This document shows, piece by piece, positions 50,722-63,754 of a stretch of 64,000 nt of DNA (position 1 is its first letter; every line of letters begins with the position of its first letter). Origin of the DNA: Vicugna vicugna (lineage: Eukaryota). Made by a program: the position numbers and the translations under genes. The notes under the pieces are model-generated. The model was not told where the DNA came from. It worked only from the letters and a program-made list of their open reading frames with translations, and did not search any database. The stretch covers positions 372,001-436,000 of the forward strand of contig MU057796.1 of the NCBI GenBank assembly GCA_013265495.1. Reading direction: 5' to 3'.

Positions 50722-50824
50722 CTTTCCATGGCAACAGACTGTGATGTCAGAAACGCAGTGCCAAGCAATTACATTTCAGAGGTGCCGCAGTTGGGAATCT
50801 GAAGCTCCAAGGATGATGGTGAGA
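50722..50824 (+). promoter_or_regulatory. Candidate RFX X-box plus CRE-like promoter with a short first exon
   Basis: ctttccatggcaac at 50722-50735, tgatgtca at 50742-50749, aggATGATG|gtgaga donor at 50819. Confidence 0.4.
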
Positions 50825-52119
50825 CAGAGCAGTTGTTGTAAAAGAAAAAGAATGTCAGTAAAAACTGAGCATCTAACGTGTGCTCTCAGAGGTCTGCTGC
50901 TGAAGTAGGGTGACAGCAAATGAAGCCAGGTGAGGCAAATAGGGATACAGTGCTCAAGACAAGATTTCAGAGGAGAAGTGTCTTGATGAAGACAATTTGC
51001 AGAAGGTCACATCCAGATGGCTGGCACTCTGCCACGTTCTGTGGCTTTGATGCTTCGCAGGTGCTCTCTAAGGCGTAGAAGGGAGAAGCTCCAGAGACTC
51101 CCTGTCTCTTACTGAGAGAGACAAAGGAGTCTGGACAGAGAGAAAGAGCAGACTTTGCTTTCCTCTCTTTGTGAAGCAGGAGTGTGGCAACGTCCACAGT
51201 CTTGCTGCTTTCAAGGAAAGAGCACCTTGACATCAAGACCTTTTGACACTTGAAAACTGAGGATGCTGTGGGGAGGACACCCAAAGAGGCATTAAGTTTT
51301 CAGCAAAACCTTCCAAGGGGAGGCAATGGCTAGTGGTCCCTAATGTTACTGGGAGAATTTGGAGATGGACCCTTTAAAAATCTTTGCAGGTCCTATGTTG
51401 AATATGCACAGGATAAAACCAACACCTGTGAAAGATCATGGATGAAGTTTTAAAATACACATTTCAGTGATACAGTATGGATAAATTTGGACTGCATATG
51501 GCTTCTTATGTAAAGGAAAATTTCTTCTCCTTTTAGTAACACATTGTCTGCTGCCTGTGCTTAGCACCTTCTGCCATATGCTCCTTAAAACAAGCTGCTG
51601 CAATTCAAGAACCAGCCCTAGTAATTAAGATCAAATGAGCCAGATGAAGAAAATGAGAGGAAGAAAACCACATGCCCATGGACAGCCCAGCCTTTTTATA
51701 TTAAAAAAAAAAAAGAAAAGAAAAACAACTATTTGCCAATGGACTACTCAGAGGATTTACATGAAATCTACACCCAGCATTATTGCTAAAATATATGCAT
51801 ACATTTTGAATTGTTTTGGGCTCAATTGATTAGCTCCATGGAAGTACTTGCTGTTTGATGCTGGGGAATCCCTACGGAATACAAATAATAGTGCTCGAGA
51901 CTCAAGTACAATTTATTTCATGCAAAAAATACAGAATAACGTGAAAGATATTATAAAGCAGTTTGAAATTAAGTCTTAAAAGATCCTTGGAGATATGTGA
52001 CCGCTCATCCTTATATTGTAAATGGGAAGCTGAGGTCCAGAGGCTAAGATTCCCTTGGTCACTGAAATACCTAGAGACAAATCTCAGATTAGAACATGGG
52101 ATTTATGACTCGCACACTA

Positions 52120-52325
52120 GTTCAGCAGTTTTCAAACTTAAGTGCGCATCAGAAATGCCTCCAGGGCTTGTGAAAAAACAGATTGTTGGGTGTCACCTTT
52201 AGTGTTTCTCAATCAGTAGGTTTGGGTTGGGGCCCCAAATTTTGCTTTCCTATCAAGTTTGCCGGTGAAGCTGATCTGTAGACTTTGCTTACTGATCTAC
52301 AGGCCACCCTTGGAAAACCACTGGT
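52120..52325. mobile_element. MER5A-like hAT element; a second MER5-like copy lies at ~52345-52520
   Basis: cagcagttttcaaactt...gcatcagaa...cagtaggtttgggttggggccc...ggaaaaccactg. Confidence 0.8.
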
Positions 52326-53409
52326 TTTGTTATCTGTTCCTTACATTGGGGTTTCTCCAGCTGTGGTGGGACCTATGTCAGAATCACTTATTAGAAATAT
52401 AGATTTTTAGCACATCCCAGATTTACTGAATTAGAATCTCTGGAAGTAAGACACTGGCATCTCCATTGTCTACAGTTACCCCTGCTAATTCCTTTTATCA
52501 GCAAGGTTTGAAAATCACAATATCTGAACACATCGATTCACTTAAAAGGGTCATATTATCAACCACCACCAAAAAAAGAAAAAGTCAAAGGCTGAACTTC
52601 TTAGTGAGATGATAAAGTTAATAACAGTTGACTGACTTTTGCTCCATCCTCTCACATCTCCAAGCAAATGACCAGAGATGAAGAAGAATTAAAACCTGTA
52701 TTTAATTGAGGAAGATGAGAAAGGTGCCAGTCCTATGTCAAAACGTCTAGGAATTTTTTTGTGAGATGTTGTGTCAATGAGACTCAATTGAGCAAGATGT
52801 CAAAAAGACCTCCCAGCCTCTAGAGAAAGTGGCTCAGTAGAGAAAGCTGTAGTGCAAGTGAGGAGGAAAAGCCATAGCAGAGCCCTGCGAATGCCCACTG
52901 ACATGGGGGAGGCAAGCTGACATCACAGAGTGTAAGATGTGAAGTCCCACTTACTGCTATGGATAAATTGCATTCTACCACATCGGTGTGGAGAATCCTG
53001 GGTTTCCATAGTGAAGGCCCACAAATTCAATTGTGTATGATGGCATCATGACATAGGCAGACAAAGCACCATGTGGGTAAAGATGGGCAAAGTGCCACCA
53101 TGACGACCGAGGCAAAAATTTGAGTACCAACCCAATAGTGGGGCTTGGTAATAATCAGGGAGAAAAAACTACTCAGAGGTGATTCTTCTGCTTGGGGGCT
53201 CCCTTATGTAGAGTTTTATTCATAGTTATCCAGCCTGAGTGGTGACTGGATTGAAGATTACATTAACCAGCCTGGCAATTTAAGACTCCTTGGAACTATA
53301 ACCGCAAATGAGTGTGCTGCGAGAGAATTCAGGCAGTACACGTTTGCCTGACAAGAGCGAAAGGGCAACTGTAGGTCACCTTTTCCTGCTTCACTGTGGG
53401 AACTAAGAA

Positions 53410-56400
53410 TTCTATACCAAGCAAACTGTCAATGATATATGACAAAAATAGACATTTTAAGGTATGCAAGTGATCATAATGAAACACCTATGTACCCTTC
53501 CAGAAGATATGGCATATTATAAACAACCAGATGATCGGTCTGACAAGGAAAAAAATATGCCGATAGAAAAATGGGCAAAAGGATACACAGGCAATTCACA
53601 GAAGAAATAAAAAGTAAACACATGAAAAGATCCCTAGTTTCACTAAAGAAATGTAAAATAAAACAATGAAATGCCAACGTTTTGCCCACTGTTTTTGCAA
53701 AAATTTTAAAATGTGAAAACATTGAAAAGGATATGAGGAAGTAGGCATTTATACTCTTTTGGAGGGATTTTAGACAACTTGGAATACAATTTTAGAAGGC
53801 AGTTTCACAATATGTATCAAATCATAAAACACTTAGAACTTTGAACTGATTATTCCACTTACAGTAATTAATTCTAAGTCAGCAATAATAAGAGAGACAA
53901 AATATTTACATGTAAGGATGTGCATTATGACATTATTTGTGTTAGTGATTAGAACAACTTAAATATCCAAATATGATATGGTAAAACAAAATTCTACATG
54001 TACCTATCTATATGCACTACTATATAATCACAGTAGTTACTGAAGAATATTTACAGATGTAAAATGCGTTCACTATTTTAAAATAATAGTTTAGGTTACC
54101 AAATCATATAATAAGTTTGCATTGAAAGACAATATATATGAGAGAAAAAGAACTAGAAACATAAGCACCAACATGTTCTATCTCTTCCACATTTTGTGCA
54201 GTAAGAACATTCTCTTTTAATCTAAAACATTCCTGAAACTAGCCATTGTCTGGGTCCATGAATTATTCTGGATAAATAGAATAGGATACTATGCAGCCAT
54301 CAAAAAGACAAAATCAACTTATGGTTATAAATAGAGAATAATCACAAGATTAATTGTTAAGTGAAAAAAGTAATGCAAAATATATTGTATAACTGTGTTA
54401 ACAAATAAGAAGTTAAAATAAGGCACACTTAGCTAACACTGATTTCACTCTCACTCCAAACACATAGAAGTGGTGAAATAGTAACCATTATTACCTACCA
54501 ATCTCAATAAAGAAAACCCCCCATGCATTAGAAACTAAGAAGAAATGGAAATCAAGTTACTAGGTTTGCAGACTGAGAAAGCTGACATGATCCATGGGAG
54601 CACTGGACACAGAAATACACTTTAAACTTCTGGGTGCGAGGTCTTAATGACCATGTGGGGTTAGATAACATTTACTGAAGCCCACCCAAGGCACTGAGCT
54701 GGACATGATACCCCTTCAATAACCTTATAACTGGTACCCCATTGTGAATAGGAGACTATAAAATCTTTAAAATAGAAAATAAAGTTTTTTTTGCCTTACC
54801 TAAGGATACCTTTACTTATGGATAAATGTATAAAATGCCTTATGAGTTGATATCCCAAATATATGGCATATACAGTTGTGGAATCTGAATTTACGCGACC
54901 TAATAGTTCAGAAATCTTAAGCTGAGAAATTAACATATAAGAGGTCCCGGACCAATGAAATTCTTGGGGGCAGCAAACAGAGGCATATGTAAAACCACTC
55001 TTTTGGGATGTTTCCATACCCTAGAGAACCAGGGATTCCCTCAGATACAGCCACGTTGAAAACAAGCCAGGACTTAAGAAAAGAGAACTATCTGAAAGAG
55101 AATATAGGACTTTGAAAAGAGTTAGGATGTTAAGAAAGTAACTAAAGTCACAGTGACAGACAAAGATACTTTGACAAACAAGATTTGCAAATAAGAACGT
55201 GTAGAATGCTAACTGTTAATAGAGCCACTGAATAAAAGAAACATTTAAAATGTGGATGAGATACCATTGTAGAGAAAATTGGTAAACTGAATATATTTCA
55301 GAGGATATTATATAGAATATAAATGTTATATAGAATGAAAAATGACTGGGACATGGAGGATAGAGAAACTGCAATGTGAGTCCAACAGTAGGTCCCCAGA
55401 GACAGAAGCCCTAGTGGGGGAGAGGCAGAATGGTTGAGAGTTTTATGGAATTGAAGAGTGACATGAAACTTCATACTGAAGAGTATGATAAGTAAAAATA
55501 AATATCATACTGAAGTTGCAGCTAACCAAAGGCAGATGGAAAACTTAGTCATTATGGCAAATAAGGGAAAAAAGAGACATGATAGAAAACTCAAAATGAA
55601 TTGAACTGTATCAGTAATCACAATAAATATGAACAAATTAAATTCACCTACTCAAAGAAATTTAGATGTACCCCCAGCATATACCTATTCTTTTTTATTT
55701 TTAAAAGTACAAAGGTGAAGGAGCTAAGAGAAGGAAGAGGGTGCTGGTACACAAAGAATATGACACTGTTGTTTAGGGATATTAAAATGAGGCAAAGCAG
55801 GAGGTAAAGCAAAACAAAACGAGGAGCAAAAAACATTCTAAGGATAAAGGAGTCATTATAAATCATCTGCGTCTTCTATGTCTCTAATAACACTGGCTTA
55901 AACTACATGAAATTGTCCTAATTAAATAGAGAAACAAACTTAAATCAAAATGTAAAATTTCAGCACACCTCTCTCAATAATTTTGAGGTCAAGAACATCA
56001 AAAATTATTAATGAACCAGTATCTGATAACATGATCAACAAACATATATAGAACCTACACTATAAAATACACATTCTCCTCAAGCAAAAGGGATATTTAG
56101 GGTAAATGATTGTCTACTACACTGTCAATAAAGTTTCAACAATAGAAAAGAATTAATATAGAACACATTCTTGACCATAATTGAGAAAAAAATTTATAAA
56201 CTGATAATAAAATTGTCTCTAACACATCATATATTTAAAAATTTTAAACATTTAACCCAAGGAAAGAAAAAATAAATTCAAAACCACTGGAATGAAATAA
56301 TACAGACTGTATTATATGTCAAAACGTATATGATGATACTCGAGAGTGAATTTAGAAAATTTTTATTAGAAAATAAAAATATGGAAAATGAATGCCCTAG

Positions 56401-57515
56401 TATTTAATGCAAGACAGTAATAAAACTGCGTGGTAAACCCAAAGAAAGTAAAAAAGAAATGAAGTAATAAATGTAACAATAAATATTGAAAAAGAGAAAA
56501 TATAACAGGGAAGACCAATACAACCTAAAATTTTTGGAAAAACTCAATGAGACAGGCAAATAAATTAAAAGATAAAAAAAATTTAAAGAGATAAAAATTA
56601 AGTTGGGAATTGGGGCAGAAAATTGGAAACTATGAAAAGTGGATATTCTAGAACTGAAAGAAATAATAAATGAATCAACAACTAAATGGATATAACTAAA
56701 TGGTTGTAATAAATTAGAATTGGTAAACTGGATGATAGGTTGAAAAAATATATGAAGAATGAGGCACAGAAAGAAAAACATGATGGAAAAATAATAGAAT
56801 AATGGATTCAAGATATAGAGAATACACAGAGAAAGTTTAGAATGTGTGTAATCTCCAAGAAAAAAAAAATGGGCAGAAGCAACATCTAAAGACATGATGG
56901 CTGAGAGCTTTTCCAAATTGATTGAAGATATCAAGCCACAGTTCAAGGATCCCTAAGAACCCAAGCAGGATACACGTAAAAAACAGGATAATAGCTTAAA
57001 GAAAAAAATGAGGTCAATTGCAAGCAGAAAAATATGGTATATTTCAACCCAATCATGATAAAAATTACTAGTAAACACAGTTTAAAAGTTAGAATGAAAA
57101 AGAACCTCTTAATTGTTAACAGGTATCTATTGAATGCATACAGATACATATTTCATGGTAAAACAGAAGTATTCTCATCAAAATAATCCTTGAGAGGTGA
57201 GGCAGAATATTTTCTATTACCATGGGGTATTTGCCAAAGTCTTAGTAGTCTTATGTAGTATCCTAAGGAAGAAAGTGAACAGTAAGAAGAATCTAAAGAA
57301 AAAAGTAAAATCTTACCATTTGCACCCTAGGGATTCTTTAGGAAATCTAGAAAAGTATATAAACTACTTGAAAAAAATGGTTTTTAAAGTACACTGGCTA
57401 TAATACTGATATGCTTGAATCAATGAGTGCAAAGAGTAATAAATAGAAAATGTAATAATAATGCTGAAAAGATCAAATTCACAATAGCAACAAATACCTA
57501 GGAATAACTAGATTA
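53410..57515 (+). mobile_element. Mosaic of highly diverged sense L1/HAL1-like fragments, including an ORF1-like piece at ~56620-57000
   Basis: aaaatgggcaaaaggatacacaggcaattcacagaagaa; gatggctgagagcttttccaaattgattgaaga...caagccacag. Confidence 0.7.
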
Positions 57516-57519
57516 GAGT

Positions 57520-59700
57520 ATGATGTCTTTTGGGGGCCCATTTTTTAGTCTCCCATAGCTGCAGTCTGAATCACAAAGATTCATGTCCATTGCATATGCA
57601 AAATACATCCATTTATCCCAACATGCACAAAAATCTTAACCTATTACAGCATTAACTTAGTCCAAAATCTTTTTATCATCAGTCCCAGATCTCATCAACA
57701 GAATTAGGTATGGGTAAGACTCTAGATATGATCCATTTGTCCAAAATTCATCTCCATCTGTGGATCTGTGAAAATATAATGATGAAATAGACTATAATAA
57801 TTAAAGACATTCACATTACAAAAAAAAAGCAAAAAAGAAAGAAAATGGAAGGAATAAAGCGGCCACTGTTGCCAAAAATTGTGAAGTCCAGTGAGGAAAA
57901 TTCCATGAGGTTTCAAATCTCTGGGGCTTAAGAATCTGCCCTCTGGGCTGTAGGCTCTGGCCTCTACCCTAGTGCCCACAGTTCCAGCCTCTGTGTCAAG
58001 TCTGTCTTCTCAGAATCATTCTTCCTTTTCCTTGACAGGTAGCATCTGTTTGCAGCCGAGTAGTTTTACCAGCCTGTAATACTGAGCATGGTGCCCAGAT
58101 AGTTGGTCAGACATTACTCTGTGTGTTTCTGTGAGGGTGTTTTTGCCTGAGATTAACATTTAAATCTGTGAATTATGTTCTTCATAACTTTGGTGGGCCT
58201 CGTCTAATCAGTGGAAGGCTTGACTAGAACAAAAGGCTGACCTTAACTCCAAGAAAGAGGAATTCTCCAGAAGGTGGCTTTGGGACATGAACTGTAAAAT
58301 AGGTTTTTTCTGGCTCTCCAATTTTTTCTTTTAAATATATACATACACACACACACACACACATATACATATTTCTTTATACACATATGCATATACACAT
58401 CTTATAGTTTATGTTTCTCTGGGAAACACTGTCTAATACAAACATTCTCAATATTGTGTATGTCACAGGCATTCACATCACCAGACAGGAAGGACCTCCA
58501 CAGATCTTTCCTGATAATCTCATCTCCATTTCTGGCTCCTGTTGAGATGGTTAAGGCATATGCCTAATGCCTCCAGCACTGACAAAGTTTACACAACCAT
58601 GCTTTTGGACTACTTTCCAAAGCACATTTTCCTTAGTGAAGCTTCCAATTTAGCTTTTTTTTTTTTTTTTTTTTTTTCTGGATATGATGAAAATTTCCAA
58701 AATTATCATTTCCTCATTCCATTTTGCTTAAAATTTTTTATTAAAAGTTCTTTCAATTTATCTCTTTCCTTTCACATTTTACTATAAGCATCAAGAATAA
58801 ATCAGGCTGCACTCTCAACACTTTGCTTGAAAACCTTCTCAGATAAATAACTAAGTTCATTACTTATAAGTTTTACTTTCTACCCAGTGGTTGAACACAG
58901 TTTGGCCAAGTTTTTTTCCCACTTTATATAAAGGCTTGTCTTTCTTCTATTTTCCACTAATACTCTTATTTACTTCTGAACCCTCATGAGCAATGTCTTT
59001 AACATTCACATTTCTACAGACATTCTATTTAAGGTGTTTTCTCTAGAATGATATAGATATTATCTGCTGTGTTTCTCATTTCCTTCTGAGCCTTCACCAA
59101 CGGACCCTTTAACACACATCTTTCTGCCTACAGTCTATTTAAGGAAATGGAGGCTTTTTCCATTATTCCATCAGCCTTCATCCATAATTGAATCCTAAAG
59201 CCATTTCCACATTTTTGAGTATTTTTTTAGAGCAGGACCATTTCTAGGTGTAGTTTCCTGTGGCAACTGTAAAAAAAAAAAATGATTGAAATATTGGCAC
59301 CTTAAAATTGCAGAAATTTATTTGTGAAGTCTGGATGTCCAAAATAAGTGTTAATGGGCTGACATCAAAGTGTTGGCAAGGCTATGTTTCCTTTGGAGGC
59401 TCTGGGAGAGACTGTTTGTCACCTGACATCATTCCTTGGCTTATGGGTGCCTCACTCTGATTTTTGTCTCTGTCTTTATACCACATTGTGTGTGTATATG
59501 TGTGTGTGTTTTCAAACTTCCTTCTACCTCTTTTCAGGATACATGATTACAATTAGGGTTCATCCAAATAATTTAGAAAAATCTTAGAGATTCTTAATCA
59601 CATCTGCAAAGATTCTTTTCCCAAACAAGGGAACACCCACACTGTCCAAGGATTAGGACATGGTTATCTTTGGGGGAGGGACATTATTTGGCTTATCATA
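57520..59700 (-). mobile_element. MaLR (MLT1) provirus remnant: LTR stub, internal region, and LTR at ~59250-59700
   Basis: aaagattcatgtccattgcatatgcaaaatac (internal 3' end), ccatttctaggt at the internal/LTR junction, LTR gtagtttcctgtggcaactgtaa...cacatctgcaaaga. Confidence 0.75.
58075..58440 (+). mobile_element. MLT2-like ERVL LTR nested in the MaLR internal region
   Basis: gtgcccagatagttggtcagacattactctg...gagattaacatttaaatc...ggtgggcctcgtctaatcagtggaaggc...ctaataca. Confidence 0.8.
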
Positions 59701-59709
59701 ATCTCTCAA

Positions 59710-60430
59710 CAATATTTCTTTGAATTTGATAAACTGATCCTAAGATATATGTGGAAGAATGAAGTGTCAAAAGCAGCCAAAATAATTTTGAAGAAAAACT
59801 ATACAAAGGAGGGAGTAACCTTGCAGATGGCAAAACTTACAAATATGCTTTAAGAAATGAAATATGTTATTCACAGAATAAACAAATAGACCAGTGGCTT
59901 GGTATGGATAGCTCAGGATGTGAGCCACGAAGATAAGGGGATTTGGCATATGACAGACTTGGCATTACATATCAAAGTGTGAAAGATGAATTAATCCATA
60001 CATGATATTTGGACAATTAACTATCCATGTGGTAGAAAATGAAATTAAAACATGATACAGAACGTTTTAGGTAGATTGAAGATCTCAATGTTAAAAGCAA
60101 TACTTTAACTTTTATAGGAAAATATCTTTATTATCTTGATATAAAATAGAATTGTTTAATTAAGAACACACACTTAAGAGACAACACATCTTAGTGGAAA
60201 AAAATGAGATATGTGGTTATATTAAAATTATCATTTTCTTTTGTTCAAAACCAAATATCAATAACAAAGTTTAAATATAAGCCACAGGTGGAGAGAAGAT
60301 ATTTGCAAATCATATAACCAACAAAGAATTAGTATCCAGAATATAGAAAGGACTCTTGAAAATATTTAAGGAAAAAACTACAACATCTAATCGAATAATA
60401 TTCATAGAGTAAATACTATGGAAATTTATT
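59710..60430 (+). mobile_element. Old sense L1 ORF2 fragment, continuing at ~61312-61910
   Basis: ttgataaactgatcctaagatatatgtggaa; gagaagatatttgcaaatcatataaccaacaaagaattagtatccagaatata. Confidence 0.85.
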
Positions 60431-60447
60431 AAAAATTTAAAAATAGA

Positions 60448-61294
60448 CTCAGCATCACTAATTGTCAGAGAAATGCAGATCAAAACTACAATGAGATATC
60501 ACTTCACACCAGCCAGAATGGCCATCACTGAAAAGGCTACAAATGATAAATGCTGGAGAGGGTGTGAAGAAAAGGAAACCCTCCTGCACTGTTGGTGGGA
60601 GGGTAAATTGGTGCAGCCACTGTGGAGGACAGCATGGAGTTTCCTTAAAAAACTGAAAATAGACCTACCATGTGATCCAGCAATCCCACTCCTGGGCATA
60701 TATCCAGAGAAAAATAAAATTCAAAAAGGCACCTGCACCCCAATGTTCATAGCAGCACTATTTACAATAGCCAAGACATGGAAACAACCCAAATGTCCAT
60801 CAACAGATGACTGGAAAAAATAGAAGTGGTACATATATACAATGGAACATTACTCAGTCATAAAAAAGAATAAAACAATGCCATTTGCAGCAACATGGAT
60901 GAATCTGAAGATTGTCATTCTGAGTGAAGTGGGCCAGAAAGAGAAAGAAAAATGCCATATGACATCTTTTATATGAGGAATTGAAAAAAATTATAACAAT
61001 AATGACACAAATGAACTAATGAACTAATTATTTTGATTTCTTAAATATGTGTAAGCACATTTGACTGTCCTTTATGATTGGATTACCATATTCTGTTGAT
61101 TCTTATTTTGTAGTTGGCTTTATTCCCTTGATAACTATGTAAGTTTAAAAAGCTAAAGATCTAATCTGTTCTTAGAAACAATAATTAGTACATATATGTA
61201 AACTAAAAAATGTGCAGCATACTGTATATATGTATTTACATGCAATATAATGTGTCTCTGTAATAATTCTACCTAATAAAACTGAAAAAGGAGA
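60448..61294 (+). mobile_element. Chimeric retroinsertion: L1 ORF2 end (60448-~61030) plus ~250 bp non-L1 sequence with AATAAA and A-rich tail
   Basis: ORF 60473-60823 is the ORF2 cysteine-rich domain; 17-bp TSD with one mismatch at 60431-60447 and 61295-61311. Confidence 0.75.
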
Positions 61295-61534
61295 AAAAAA
61301 TTAAAAATAGAAGAAGGTTGCTTGGTTGCACCAGGCACACCCATTAGAATGGCAAAAATAAAAGTCGGAGAATATCAATTGTAGGTGAAGATGTTAGCAA
61401 ATAAAAGTTCTTATCAACGAGTATAAATTTTGCTAATTACGTGGGTGAGTTACTAAAGTACTAAAGCAGCAGAACTAAAGATATGTGTCTTCTATAACCT
61501 GGAAGTTTCACTGGTAGATTTATGTCCTTGAAGC

Positions 61535-61737
61535 GCACTGTTCAAAATAATTTTTTATGATAATAAAAATGTTCTATATTTCTACTGTCCAATATGATAG
61601 TCACAGCTCAGAAAGTGACCAGTGTGGCTGAGTACTTGACATGTGGTTAGTGTGACTGAGAAAATAAATGGTTAATTTTAAAATAATTTACATGTAAAAC
61701 ACATGTGGCTAGTGGCTGCTGTATTGGACAGCACAGC
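61535..61737. mobile_element. MER3-like hAT element
   Basis: ctgtccaatatgatagtcac...cacatgtggctagtggctgctgtattggacagcacag. Confidence 0.85.
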
Positions 61738-61924
61738 CTTAGAAAAACTCTCACTGATGTATAAGGACAAATGCAGAGAGATGTTCAATTCTGTATTTGT
61801 TGCAAGAACTAAGAACTGAAAGCACTGTAACTGGTCATAAATAAGGAGACAGATGAATTCATTCGGGTATACTCTAGGACAGTTAAAATGAATGCGCTTG
61901 AAACACATGTATAAATACCAAGCT

Positions 61925-62930
61925 GCTGTAAAAATGAGAACATAAAATTCTTTGGCTTAAATAACATAAAAGTTCATTGCTTTGCCACATAGAAGCCCAT
62001 ATACGTGGTCCAGCTTGGAGGGGCAAATGTATCATCAAGGAAATCAGGCTCTTTCTGTCATTTGTTCACCTATTCATGGCCCTCGTCTCCATGATCAAAG
62101 CTTGGTGACGAGCAAGACCTCATACCAGAAAAAGAGATGGAAAAGAGACGAAAGAGGGTAATCATTTGCTTTTAAGAAAGTGAACAGGGAGTTTCACACA
62201 GGATTTCGGCTATTGTTCTAAAACAGTAGTTACAGGGGACCTGGGAAATGCAGTCTCTCACTGGGCAGCTGTGACCTGGGGTGAAAAACAACTATTTGCG
62301 GTAACAACCAGCACCGTGCCTCAGTCTTTTCCACTGGCCACCCAAATATCTGTAGACATATTTATTGCTACCAGTAGAACCCTCTCTTCACAAGACAGGC
62401 AATTCAAAGCCCCAGAGAGTTGGGGCAAGCAGTTCCAGATTCACAGTTTCTGGGTGACATTTGGTTGTCTCCACTGGGTCTGGCTGTGTTGCCTCATCGC
62501 CTATCAATCTATGGTGACAAACTGTTGTGTGCCACCATTCTGTACTGTGATACAGACGTACCTAGAACGCAATGGAGAGGAAGAACAGCAATGAAACATC
62601 CCTCTCAAGGCCCGGAGAAGTTATCCAACCCTAGTGGTCAGTAACTGCAAAGCCTCCTTGTCCCAGCACTAAGTCCCTTGTTCTGCCCACCTGCCTACAC
62701 CTGGTTTTACTCTCTCGCAGAGTCACTCCCTTGTCCGTTTTATTCTATGGTCCCTGTCATGCCCTCTGAGTGTCTTCCTCGTCCACCTAGAGCCACGTCT
62801 GAAGGTGTTCAAGAGTAAACCATTCTTGGAGACGCCACAGGTGAAACAGTCATGGAATTTTGCAAGTTAGGTTTTTAGATTTTTTTGATAGCACAATTGT
62901 CTCAAAATTTTTCATAAGCTTCTAAATCTA
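61925..62930 (-). mobile_element. Old MaLR LTR (MLT1J/K-like) plus adjoining internal fragment
   Basis: tggcttaaataacataaaagttcatt...ggacctgggaaatgcagtct, then gtctttccactggccacccaaatatc. Confidence 0.6.
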
Positions 62931-63004
62931 CTCGCTTCCTGTCCCAGTAACCACAACCTGAACTGTTTGTGGGCATTGTTCTTTTTGTTGTTGTTTTTGT
63001 TGTC

Positions 63005-63250
63005 ATTTAATTGAAAAATAATGCCACTGTAAAATGCACAACTTTTAAGTGTACAGTGTGATAAATATTTAGATATGTACACACTGTGTAACTATCACCT
63101 AGATAAGATATAGAACATTTTCAACATTTCAGAAATACCTCTCATGTCCCCTTTGAGTCAATATCCCTTCCCCCAAAAGGAACATAAAGGAACCTCTATT
63201 TTGACTTTTATTACCATAGACTATTTTTATCTGTCCTTGAGCACAAATGC
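63005..63250 (-). mobile_element. Old L1 3' end
   Basis: aaatgcacaacttttaagtgtacagtgtgat...agataagatatagaacatttt. Confidence 0.8.
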
Positions 63251-63429
63251 TAACACTCCAGCCATCCAGTTCTGTACCTTGGTTGTTTTGTTTTGTTTTA
63301 GCCCATTAAGAGCTTCTTCATCAGAAAAACTGTGGTAATAAGAATGCCTACCTTACAGAGTTGTTGCACAAATTAAATACATTTGACATACACAAAGCAC
63401 CAAGAAAATGCCAGGCATTTTGTAGCCTC

Positions 63430-63750
63430 TATATTAGTTTTTTATTGCTGCATAACAATTACTACACACTTAGTGGCTTAAAGCGATACCCATGTATCAT
63501 CTCACAGGTATGTAGGTCAGAGCATCATCATGGCTTAGCTGGCTTCTGGGCCTGGGTCTCATAAGGCTGAAATCATGGTGTCAGCTGGGCTGCATCCTCA
63601 CCTGGAAGCTCACCAGGAAAGAATTTGCTTCTAACCTCTCTCAAGTTGTTGGCAGTTGTAGAATTTATGGTAGCTTATTTCTTCAAAGCCAGCGATGGGA
63701 AAGAGTCTCTCTGCTTCTTGGAATCTTTGTCCTCAGAGAATTCCTAGGTC
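63430..63750 (-). mobile_element. MaLR LTR (MLT1D/E-like)
   Basis: tattagttttttattgctgcataacaattactacacacttagtggcttaaa...aaggctgaaatcatggtgtcagctgggctgc. Confidence 0.85.
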
Positions 63751-63754
63751 CACT

